Origin: Sminthopsis crassicaudata
Taxonomy: Eukaryota
Assembly (NCBI RefSeq): GCF_048593235.1
Contig: NC_133617.1
Span: forward strand, 71,198,937-71,256,987
Direction: 5' to 3'
DNA length: 58,051 bases
Part shown: positions 10,795 through 21,647 of the stretch, piece by piece
Position numbering within the stretch: position 1 is the first letter of the stretch
How the letters are laid out: each line of letters begins with the position of its first letter
Program-made: the position numbers and the translations under genes
Notes under the pieces: model-generated
The model's database searches: none
The model's input: the letters and a program-made list of their open reading frames with translations, nothing else
Told to the model about the DNA's origin: nothing

Positions 10795-13700
10795 CTATAG
10801 ATCAGCAACTGTCTCCAAGCTCCTCTCATGGAAAAAACGGTGAGATTGTCGTTCTGTGGCAGCTTGTCTACGGGCAAAGAAGGACAGAAGGGAGGGGGTG
10901 CCAGGACCTCTGCCAGCAACCTGTGGTCCTCCTGATCCTTCCTCCGAGTCCTCCCTGCATGGGGGAAGAATAGACCACGGTGAAGGTGCTGTGCTGCTCC
11001 CACCCTGCCCTTCTCCCCAGCCCTCCACCTCTATCTATCCAGGGTCCTAAATGGCCTCTTGCCAGCTCTATCTCCAAGGCCAAAACCCCAAGGCTGGGAT
11101 CCCCCCCAGGAGTAGGTGAGTGTTGATGACAAATGTTGCCAACTGATCCCTGTTTCTCCCCCAACAGGGTTCAGGGTCACCCACCAGCGCACAGGTACAG
11201 CACGTCCATCCAGGATGAGCTGAGCAGTGCTCCAGCTAAAGCGGACAAACTGGGGAAAGCCAAAGACAGGGTCCAAGCACTGGGACAGCCACTCCTTGGT
11301 CTTGGGGTCTAGGGAAGAAGGAGAATCACAAATGAAAAGCCCCTGCTGGGGAGGTTAGAACCCAGATGGAACCAGTAGACTTCAGGAGCTGGAGGACCAA
11401 GACTCTGGGATCCATTGACATGCACCCCCTAAATCCCTCCCCCCCTGTGATTTCATTGCTGGGAAAACTAAGTGATACATGAGCAGCAGGCATTCTTGGG
11501 GATGCCACCAGCTCCCTATGTGACCCTGGACGAACTCCTACCTCTCTACAAGGCAATTTCCTTACATGTAGAAGGGCCTCGGACTTAATGGTTTCTAGGA
11601 TCTCTGGTAACTCTGGAATTTGGGACTCAGAGACTGGAAGGAACAGCTTGTGATGATCAATTACCCCTCCTTCTGGAGATATTCATCCCCCTTAATTCTG
11701 CTCTTTGTGTGTTGTTCCTTTTCTATCCAATGAATCCTCAAATCTCCTTCCATCATTTAAAAACACTTGCTATGATTAAAACACCTTTTGTTTTTTTTTT
11801 TCTTTTCCTTTCTTGTGGTTTTCCCCTTTTGTTATAATTTTTCTTTAACAACATGACTAATCAGTAAATATGCTTAATGTGATTGTACCTATATAACCTA
11901 TATCAGATTGTTTACTATCTTGAGGGAAGAGAAGGGAGAAAAAAAATTGAAACTCAAATTGTATAAAAGTGAATATTGAAAACTACTTTTATAGATAACT
12001 GGAAAAAATAGAACACTATTAAGTAAAAAATAAAAACAAAAACAAAACCACCTGCTACATGCTAGGCACAATAAATACAGAGAGAATACAGAAAATGGAT
12101 CCTGTCCTCAAGAAACTTATATCCCAATCAGGAAAAATAGCACATACCTATACAAGTATATACACACAAAGGAATAATAGCTAAGATTTAAGAGTTCCCA
12201 GAGGGCTTTCCATGTCATCTCTTTCGAGCCTCAATAACAACTCTATGAATGAGAAAACTGAGGCTCAAATAGGTGAATTACCAGTTAGTAAATATAGAAA
12301 TCAGGATTTAAATTCAGGACTTTTTTATTATAAGTCCAGGATTCTATCTGAAGTGCCATCTAGCTGTCTTTAGGGTATATCTGAATTACTTATGGACACA
12401 AGGTGATTTTCAGGAGAAGGCAACATCAGCTGGGAGAACACCAAGAAAGGTTTTAGCTGAGTCTAGAACAAAACAAGAGGCTGGGATTCTAACAGATGAA
12501 GGCTGAGGAGGGAGTATGTCATATGGGGTGTTGGGCATAAGAAATTGCAAGAAGGGTTAATCTGCTTGAATCAAAGTATGTACAGAAAAGAGCAATTTGC
12601 AAAAAGAAAGTAAAGAACAGGTGAGACGAGGACTGCAAAAGGTTTTCAATATGGAGCAGAGGATCTTACAGTTGAACTGGAAGCTCTAGGGAGCTACTGG
12701 AGTTTAAGGTAGGAGACCGACATGGTCAGATTTGTGCTTTAAGAAAAAGTTTGTCAGCTCTGTAAAGACTGAGTTTTGGGGTGGGGAGGGAGAATTTAGG
12801 CAGAGACATCATTGGGAAAGAAAACTGCAATTAATCTAACTGTATCTAATCTAAAAGAACAACAATCTTCACCTGAGAGGTGATAAGGGCCTGGACTAAG
12901 ATGATTTTGGTGGGAGTGGAGAGAAGAGATTCTGTGGAGGTAGAAATAAGATTTGAAAACTAAGTGAATCAGTAGGGGAGTTGAAAGTGAGCAGGCAAAG
13001 ATGATGCAAGATTCTGTCCCTTTTCTCTTCTCTCTATACTTTCTTGGGGATCTTATCAGTTCACATGAGCTCAATTAACATTAATCATTATCATCTTTCA
13101 CCTAACTCCCAAATGTCAGCCAGGAAGACTCGAGTTCAAATCCAGCCTAGGTAACTGATTAATTATATGACTTATAAGGGGCAAAACCCCTTAACCTCTA
13201 TACTCCAGTTTCCTTATCTGTAAAATGGGAATGAATATAATAGCACCTATTTGCCAAGGTGGTTGTAAGGATTAAATGAGCTAATATTTGTTAAGCATTT
13301 TACAAACCTTAATACTTTCTGATGTTAGCTATATATCCAGTCCCAATTCTCTCCTGTTTCACATAATCAATTGCTAGCTGATGAATTCCACCACCACCAT
13401 CCCATCAGCACCTCTGCCTCCCCCACCCTCCATTTCTAAAACTTTATATTTTAAATTTCTGACAGCTAGCTCAGATTTCCAGCATCAGCCTTCCTCAGTC
13501 CTCTTGCCTACATTTCCAATTAGATCTTTCACCTCAATGCTTTAGTCCAGGCTGTTCAACCCTCTGTCTTCCTCCAGGGCTGGAGCCCACTTTTTCCTCA
13601 CTATCACCTCTTAGACTCCTATAGGAAGTCTTCCCTGATCCCACACTGCACATTATAAATTCGAGGGAAAGAAAAAGAAACACTTGTGTCTTTGTCTCTC

Positions 13701-16700
13701 CAGCACATATCGTTTAATTGTTATTAAATACTGGTTGAATTGAGCTGAACAACATTTTAAGAACCTGGGAATCTCAATTCCAATCTCAGTATTTTCTAGG
13801 TGATTTGAAAGAAGCCCCTTAATTTCTGTGGTACTCTTTTCTTATCTATAAAGATATGGCATTGGAAAGACAATATGATCTCATTTATTTCCATCTTTCC
13901 ATGTAATTCTCAGACTGTGTCTTATGCCCCCTTGTGGCCATATTGCAAAGTTTCACCAGGGAAGAGGCAGGGAAAAGACCACTGATTTGCTGGGGACACT
14001 CACCATTGGGATAGCCAGACCCGTAATCCATTTTCAGGTCTCCAAGGTCTTCCAAAAACTTCCATCTCTTCACCACATGGTCCCGGGCAACCTGGAAGGG
14101 GTAGGCTAGGCAAAGGTGGGTATGGGGCCAAAGGCAGGTTGATACAACTTTCTTGTGGATGTATAGCAGACACTTATGTGGATCTGGACAGTCCAGACAA
14201 CAGGGTGGGAAGAGAACTGACCTTAGCACAAATGCTGGCAGCGCTGACCACAGGGAACAGGGAGTCAGCCTTGGGTCTAACAGTCACTTCAACCTCTGGA
14301 AACCTCTCTTTAAGTTTTTGCTGGTACTTGTCAGCCGGCCCCACTGTGTCCACAAACACCTGCAGAAAGCAGGGAATGAGGGTTAGAGCTGAGGAAGCGC
14401 AAATCAGCTCAACTTCCCCTCCCCCAATAGGTCCCACTGACCTGAGTGACTCTCACACCCTGATCCAGAGCCAGCTGCACCAAGGCCATAGCAGTGTCAT
14501 GAGAAAGGGAGTTCAGGTTATACTTGGCTCTACGGGGAAATACATGAATGTGCTCAGACCCCACATAATCCCAGCTCTTTATTAAATGGCAACTGAGTAT
14601 CCTTAGCAAGGATACTTATTTTAAAGATACTTAAGGATTTCTATTACCAAACTGAAGCCTGATGCTACTTTGTCTTTTCCAAGCTGAGTCTTCAAATTCT
14701 TTAGGAATTATACTTGGAAAAGACTTTGGACATCAGCCAAATGCCTCACTCTTTAACAGTAGGAGAAATTGAGTCAAAGAAAGGAGGAAGCAATTTGTTC
14801 AAAGTTACCCAGCTAGTTAAGTGGAGAAAGAGGGAAGCAATGTCATGGAGTAAAGAGAGTATTAGAAGCAGGGAGGTCTGGATTCAAATTCTGCCTCAAA
14901 TACGTACTGGCTAGATGGCCCTGAGAAAGAAGTTAAAGAAGTTACATTGTTGTAAAATTAGGGGACGTCTGAGGCTCTCTCAGTTCTAAATCTGTAACCA
15001 CAGGAGTCAGAACTAGATTTCTGAGACCTTACTGTATTTTAAAAGCTATAAAGGAAGGACTAACCCTTTTCTGTATGGCTGCTAAGGACAAGATGAGATA
15101 AGATTAGAGTGGATAGTTTCTTAGAGTGGGAAGAACTGAATTCAAATTCTCCCTGGAAACTTCATAGCTTAGGGTTTGTCTGTCTTTACATGAATAATCT
15201 ATATCAAATCCCTTCGCTTCTCAAGGCCTGGGAGGGGAAAAAACAAATAGAACTAAAAGATGTAAGAAGTGAATGTTTAAAAAAAAAAAGTTTTATGTAT
15301 AATTGAGAAATATTTAATGAAATAGAAATATATTGAGAAACCCCACAGTTGTGTGACCATGGGCATTTAGTCTCTCTGGGCCTCAGTTTCTTTATCTGGG
15401 GACAGGAAGGTATTGCAATGGATAGAGCACAGGCCCTGGAGTTCCTGAGTTCAAGTCAAACCAAAGCTACTAGGCGTGTGATCTTGAGCAAGTCACTTAA
15501 CTTCAATGCCTTTCGCCCCCCCCCCCCACCATTGCCTCATCTGTAAAATGAAAAGACTTGTTAATTTCTATGACTCCTTCCAGCTCTGAAACAATAAGCC
15601 TTAATTGTGCAGAGGCAAGGTCACTGTCAATCTAAGGAAGTGCTTTCTAATAATTAGTTACACAAAAGGGAAATAAATGGCTTCCTCAGGCAGAAGTGAG
15701 TTTCACTCAACTTGAAGTTGACAAGCAAAGGGAACTTTGGGTAAGGTATGCGTTTTGGCTAATTGATCCCGGAGATCCCTTCCAGCTCTGGGACCCTCAA
15801 TCTCACCTCCACCTACACTGAGCGGCCCAAGAGCCAATTTGCTGCCCACCCCTGTGAACAGCCCTTACCGCCTCTGCATGCTGGTGGAAATGAGGTTCGG
15901 GGACAGAATGTCCAAGGCCCAGCCCACAAAGTCCCGGGCCTGCTCCAGCTTTCCAAAAAGTCTCTCCCTCTCCGCCTCCGAGAGGGTCTTTGAGTCTGGC
16001 CATACAGAAAAGGGAAGACATGCAAGGAGAGACTTAGTCACAGGGACACAATCAGGCCTAAAGCTCCTCCCCCATTTCTATGGGAAAGCCTCGGTGCAGA
16101 CCTTACCTGCCACCTTCAGAGCCTCCAGGTCGCCCAGTCTGGACAAGGGACAATAGCAGATGCCGTAGACCATGGGCCCTGGCAGAAGGTGAGAGCTAGA
16201 GTCAGATCCAGTCAACCCCACAGCAATCCTTTAGCCCAACTGCTCAGCAACCAGAGTCCACCTCCCGGCAATTTGTCACGCCCACTCAACCCCCCAGTCC
16301 CACTCCACCCTCCTGCAGCCCATGCCCATCCTGGGGCCCAGCGACCGGGAACCGACGTATCCCCCAGGCCTGTTGCGACAGCCCCCAACGCATCCCCCAG
16401 CCCCGGGGCAACAGCCCCCAACTCAGAACCCAGCAGTCCTAGAACCGAAGCATCCCCCAAACCCAATGCAACAGCCTCTAGTCCCGAGCTTGTCCTTGCA
16501 ACAACTAAAACACCCCCACCGGGGCAGCCCCCAGCCCGGGAGCACTCCTCCCCCCCCCATGCAGGCTCCAGCCCGGACCCCAACCCCACCCAGAACAGGG
16601 CCCCGGCCAGCCTCATCGATGCCCAGGCAGCAGTCCTCGGTACGGCAGACCTCCGGCACCGGCGAGCTCAGGCGACAGCTGCCTGTGTTGTCCCGCTCAA

Positions 16701-16716
16701 AATCTCCCAGATCCAT
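10795..16716 (-). CDS. RNASEH2A: Ribonuclease H2 subunit A (307 aa)
   Basis: Coding exons, all GT-AG and phase-consistent: 16590-16716, 16107-16178, 15869-15995, 14442-14529, 14222-14359, 14004-14091, 11185-11308, 10795-10954 (924 nt). Motifs [77 protein letters not shown]. Confidence 0.97.
12380..13060 (-). mobile_element. LINE-2 relic in RNASEH2A intron 6
   Basis: G/A-rich decayed sequence whose reverse complement resembles the L2 relics at 6050-8990. Boundaries approximate. Confidence 0.5.
13120..13330 (+). mobile_element. MIR/CORE SINE
   Basis: GAGTTCAAATCCAGCC...CAGTTTCCTTATCTGTAAAATGGG...GTTGTAAGGATTAAATGAG core. Similar relics at about 15340-15590, 31770-31940, 32095-32280, 40430-40570 (minus) and 57060-57200. 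Confidence 0.8.
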
Positions 16717-16841
16717 GTTAGCAGCAAACCAAGCGGTCTTGGCCACCAACAGGGAAATTCCGCCACCGCGCGGGTCTAGGCGCGCTCCCGCCCCCGGAAA
16801 CTTCCAAGCCAATCCTGAACTTGCTTTTCATTCGCGTGGCT

Positions 16842-16857
16842 TTCTGGGAGTTGTAGT
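16842..16857 (-). promoter_or_regulatory. ZNF143/SBS motif in the RNASEH2A CpG-island promoter
   Basis: Minus strand ACTACAACTCCCAGAA, about 130 nt upstream of the ATG in CpG-rich sequence. Confidence 0.75.
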
Positions 16858-17558
16858 TCCTTAGCAAGAGCGCCACCTAGCCGAGCATCCCGAGCATCCC
16901 AGGTCAACGACAGATGTGCTAAGTATCGTAAAAGGACTTGGCAAAGCAGAAACCTATTATTTCAGGAGCTGAAAGGGAGCTCAAAAATCATCTGATCCAG
17001 TCTCTCTGGAAAATCATCCACCCTATATCCACATCTCCATCCACAATGCTTTTTGACTAATTGAAGTGCTTCACACATCAAGGTATTTCATTACTTCTAT
17101 GACAAAATAACTTTTTTGGCATTCAAAGCCCCTTACAATCTGACATTTATCTTTCCGAGCTTTTTAAAAAATTCCCCTTTATGCACTCCAGTCAGACTGG
17201 CTTACTTTCTTTTTTTCCCTCACCTGTTCTCTATCCCCTGGCTTTACATAGCCCCGAAATGCAGTCCTTCACTTTCACTTCTTAGAATCTTTAGCTTCAC
17301 AATTCAACCCAAATACCATCTTCTGTATGAGATCATGCCAGATCCCCCAGCTCTGCTAGTGCTTTCTATCCCCTCCAATGAATTCATCTTACATTGTTTT
17401 ATATATAAACATATGTAAAACACACATGTACATCTATATGTGAATCATACACATGGTTTTCCTCCACAGTATAAGATTCTGGAGAAGAGGGACTTTCCTT
17501 TTTGTTTATATCTCCAGCTTCTGTTTAATTGGTTTACTGATTGAATAATCATTCACTG

Positions 17559-17587
17559 NNNNNNNNNNNNNNNNNNNNNNNNNNNNN
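17559..17587. other. Assembly gap (29 N)
   Basis: Run of N just downstream of the THSD8-like stop codon. Confidence 1.
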
Positions 17588-17655
17588 TTCATTGTCTCTG
17601 GGCTCACTGGGGTCAGCCTTTGCATTTGGCCTAGGTCACTGTGTTCTCAGGCCCT

Positions 17656-18379
17656 TCAATTACACTGGTGTGGTAAGCAACTAGGACAGTTGTTGTGATT
17701 GCAGGGTTGGCGTTGCATTAGGGTGTCCCTGTCCAGAAATATAGGACCTACAGATGCCCCTACCACATCCCGACTCCGCTCTCGAATTCCCTGGAGACAG
17801 TAGCAAATCCACGGGCCCCACGGGCCCAATGGCAGTTCTTCAGGTTCTGGGGGGAGAAAAAACTGGTCAGCCAGGGAGCCTGAGTCTTGGTGGGATTTCC
17901 TCCCCACCCAAAATTTCCAGGCCTGAAAGAGAATACTTCTCAATATGCCAAGTGTCTTAAGGGTATTTATTGATCTGGAGGAAGAATCCAGGCAGATGTC
18001 ATTGTGGGAGTGGGACAGACAGGAGAGGAGTTGTAAATCTATGCTAAGTGACAGGACAGTGCATTATATAAGTGCGTGCCTCCCAGCTTCTTTGGCTGTA
18101 AACCTGAGCTGCACTCTGCACCCTTCCCCGAATCCTTCCCACCCCACCCCCATCCTCGCTAGGGAAATCTCCTAAAGTTAATTGCTCTTTGATGGGTAAC
18201 ATCTGGAGAGGTCGAATCTGGCGCCCTTGGGGAGCGAGGGATCTCAATCCCTTACTCAATTCTCTCTCCCAAGTATCTCCCGAGCCTTGCTCTCCGAAAT
18301 AGTGATAGTCCGGTCCTAGGCAGGTTGGGGGCCAGGCCAGCAGGAAGAGCAGAAGCAGCCTCAGCTGCGGTCTGCCCAT
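17656..18379 (-). CDS. THSD8: Small secreted thrombospondin type-1 domain protein (~104 aa), THSD8-like
   Basis: Exon 18256-18379 (signal peptide MGRPQLRLLLLFLLAWPPTCLG, then DYHYFGEQGSGDTWE; donor A|GTAAGG, phase 1) splices to exon 17656-17846 (acceptor TTTTTTTTCTCCCCCCAG; LGPWGPWICYC...RERSRDVVG...PC...CPSC...C*). Sequence and position between RNASEH2A and PRDX2 match human THSD8 as recalled. A missed micro-exon cannot be excluded. Confidence 0.8.
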
Positions 18380-18399
18380 CCACGGTCACCGCCTCCTCT

Positions 18400-18821
18400 A
18401 TTCAGTAGCCCCCCTAACCGTCCCTAGCGCTGGTCTAAGCATTCTCCCGGCGCCCCGTTATCCTAGCAGCTTGTCAGAAGGGTCAAGCGAGGGGAGGGGA
18501 CAAGGGGGAAGGAAAAGGTCTCCTCTTCAGCTCCGGAGTCTTCAGTCCTCTAGCCCCCATCCCACACCCCCTACGACGCCACAGTAGGCCCGCCCAAGAT
18601 TGTCGCGTCCGCCCCCAGGCGCGCTCCCGTACGTCCCTCCCAACTCCTCCTCCTCTTCTCCCCCACCCCCCCACAGTCTGGCTGTAGGTGGTACAGGCCG
18701 CGGATAAAAGGAGCGGGCGGAGGCCACTGGGATAGTACTTTTGGTTTCCCGACTGCTACTGTTGCGGTCAGGGAGCACGCGCTACCTGTCTTTGTAGGCT
18801 TGGAGCCCGCCCTCCTTGCAG
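18400..18821 (+). promoter_or_regulatory. Shared CpG promoter of PRDX2 (+) and THSD8-like gene (-), with probable PRDX2 non-coding exon 1
   Basis: CpG-rich with GC boxes, TATA-like GATAAAA at 18703-18709, and candidate donors CAG|GTACAG (GT at 18822) and GCG|GTAAGG (GT at 18852). Confidence 0.6.
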
Positions 18822-19561
18822 GTACAGTACGGTGCAGTGCGGCATGGCGCGGTAAGGTACAATAAGAAACAGCTCAGCTCGGGCCAGTCCAGATGTAGGC
18901 TGAGGGACTGGGAAGCAACGGAGGCAGCCCGCGAATCCCACTTTCCAGGCAGATTATGTTCTAGCCTGGCCTGCGACTCGGCCGGCTCTTCCCCTGGCAA
19001 GCAGCAAGCAACCCCGCCCCCTCCTCTGGTTGCCTGCCTTTGTTTGGTGGTAGGCGATTGGGAACTGATCCCAGGTGAATTTTCCTCCACCTGTCCCCCA
19101 CTCAGCAGGAAGATAGAGCTCGAGAGGAATCTAGGGACCTCTTTGTTTCTGCTCTAGAGGCCTAACTCAGCCTGCATCGGGACCTGGGAGGAGGTGGAAG
19201 AGCCTGCAGCCTTTGCCCGGGTGCCCAGACCTGTTTCCCTAGTGGGGTGGGGGTGCTGCGGGGGAGGCAAGAGGACTGAATCTGAATTGCCCCTTTCCCT
19301 GCCGGTCTAGCCTCGTCTGGCCTGTGTGCGGAAGACTCTTCCCTGCCGGTCTAGCCTAGTCTGGCCTGTGTGCCCAAGTCTCTGTATTCGGCCCATGGAG
19401 GGAGGGGGGCTGCATGTGACCATCTTTGTCTGACCCACGTGCCCAGCCTAGCCTCGGGAAGGGCGTGGGGGAGGGGAAGTAGTGCTGAGTTGCACAGCCG
19501 GGTGAAGTGCCGATCTGGTGCCCTAATTGACCCTAAGGGGAAAATCTTTTTTTTTCCAGTC

Positions 19562-21647
19562 ATGTCCTCCGGAAATGCTCACATTGGAAAACCGGCCCCC
19601 GACTTCCATGCCACTGCCGTGGTCGATGGCGCTTTCAAGGAGGTGAAGCTGTCGGACTATAAAGGTGAGATAACAGCCTTAGAGGTCAGAGGTACTGGGA
19701 TCTTCCCCTTTTGTTGGAGCATGGAAGTCAGGGAACCGGGAGAGGATCCTATCACCTGAAGAGTGGGGGGGGGGAAGGGGCCCCACTTAGCATCTGTTCT
19801 TCATTCCTTTTGCTCTTATTGTTGTAGGGAAGTATCTGGTTATATTTTTCTATCCACTGGACTTCACTTTTGTATGCCCTACTGAGATCATCGCCTTCAG
19901 TGATCGGGTCTCTGATTTCCAAAAACTGGGCTGCGAAGTCCTTGGTGTGTCTGTGGATTCCCAGTTCACCCATCTGGCCTGGTATGGTTTTGACTAGGAG
20001 GAGGAGGATGGGGGAGGGATTATGACTTTCTGGTTCTTCCACTACCCACAGTGAGCATTAGAAGGGTCACTAGCTCCTTTTTTTTTTTTTTTCCTATGTA
20101 GTATCCCAATGCCTCTGTAATTACTCTTTAATAAGGACAAAAGTGTTCCCAAAGTTGTGTTGCCAGCATCTCTCTGTGGCAATTAGAACTGGAAGGGAGT
20201 TGGGAAGACACTTAACTCAGCCCTCATCATATTAAAAAGAAGATAATAGACCTAGAGAGGTTAAGAGCAATTCAGTTGATTCACCAAGTACCAGCTGGTA
20301 TTTGAACTCGGATCTTCATACTCTAGGTCTAGTTGTTGCTTTTTCTTCCATACTAGGCTGTATTTTCTGTTCCATCTTCCTCAGAAATATAGAACAGCAT
20401 CCTCCTCTTCCTGTCTTACCACTCCCTCCTGGGTGTGGTAGGTTTGAGCTTTGACAGCCCTGCCTACCACCCCTTTATCACCTGCCCTGGCCCCTTGAAA
20501 CTGCCCTTATCTCCTGCTCAAGCCCCTTGGGGGGAAGGGAGGAAAAGCCTTCTTTGCAAAATTGAGAGGGTTTCTTTCCTTGGGGACTGGGAGAGATGGC
20601 TCCTGATTGGGAGAAGGGGTATAAAGTAACATTGAAACTTCTTTCTCACTCTTCCTAAAAAGGATCAACACCCCTCGAAAAGAGGGTGGCTTGGGTCCTT
20701 GAAAATCCCCCTGCTGGCAGATGTAACCAGAAACCTAGCTCGAGATTATGGGGTACTGAAGGAGGATGAAGGCATTGCCTACAGGTATAACCGGGGGACC
20801 CTCTATAAGTGTGTCATTTTATGTCCCCGATCTTCAATTTAGGAGTCACCCTTTTGGACTTGTCCTTAGTTTTTGCCCCAGCCCCCACTTTCATGAAAAC
20901 AGATAGTTTTTTAACTATGTAGCAGCATCAGGGAGTTGGAAAGCTTTAGAACTAGAAAGGACCTTGGAGATTATATTATCAAATCTCATTTTGCAGGGGC
21001 AAAAACTGAAGCTGAGAGGAATGAAAGTACATGTATAATGTCCCACAAGTAAAAAGTACAGATCCAGAATTCAGACTTGGGGTGGAGGGGTTAGGGTAAA
21101 AATTATTAGGATTCCGAGACTACCCTAACAGAAAATAAATTGCAGCCTTATAGATATAGCAGAATGAGTTTAAAATAAAATTCCAGTCTTGTTTATACTG
21201 AACAAGGTATTATCCAGGCTTCCAGGGTCTCAACTACCCCTTTTCTATTCATTCAGGGGTCTCTTTATCATTGATGCTAAGGGCCTTGTCCGGCAAATAA
21301 CTGTCAATGACCTACCTGTGGGTCGCTCAGTGGACGAGGCTTTGCGGCTAGTGCAAGCTTTCCAGTTCACAGATGAGCATGGAGAAGGTGAGCCTTGCAA
21401 ATTCCCCATCCCATCCCACCCTTAGTTCATGTTTTATACTTCCTTCCCCTTAGGTGGCTGCCCTACCCCTGAGACTTGAGTGGGTCTTCCTTGGACAAAG
21501 GGCTGGGATACCCATTTCCTGCCCCTTATCACTTCTGTTTCGTTTTTTCTCCCCCTCACAGTATGCCCAGCTGGCTGGAGGCCTGGAGGAGACACTATCA
21601 AGCCCAATGTAGAAGACAGCAAGGAATATTTCTCTAAGAACAACTAA
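19562..21647 (+). CDS. PRDX2: Peroxiredoxin-2 (198 aa if the 1-nt deletion at ~20700 is corrected)
   Basis: Coding exons 19562-19664, 19828-19981, 20663-20784, 21257-21387, 21562-21647. Peroxidatic FTFVCPTE and resolving EVCPAGW motifs present. Exon 20663-20784 is 122 nt, one short of phase consistency, giving CCT TGA at 20697-20702. AATAAA at 21810-21815. Confidence 0.95.

Noticed and set aside
16189-16864. Pro-rich ORFs of 130-196 aa
   Set aside because: They overlap RNASEH2A exon 1/intron 1 in GC-rich low-complexity DNA, where stop-free frames are expected.
17489-17498. Perfect kB site GGGACTTTCC upstream of RNASEH2A
   Set aside because: It lies in a decayed repeat remnant with no supporting motif cluster. 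A second site at 16752-16761 is also unsupported.
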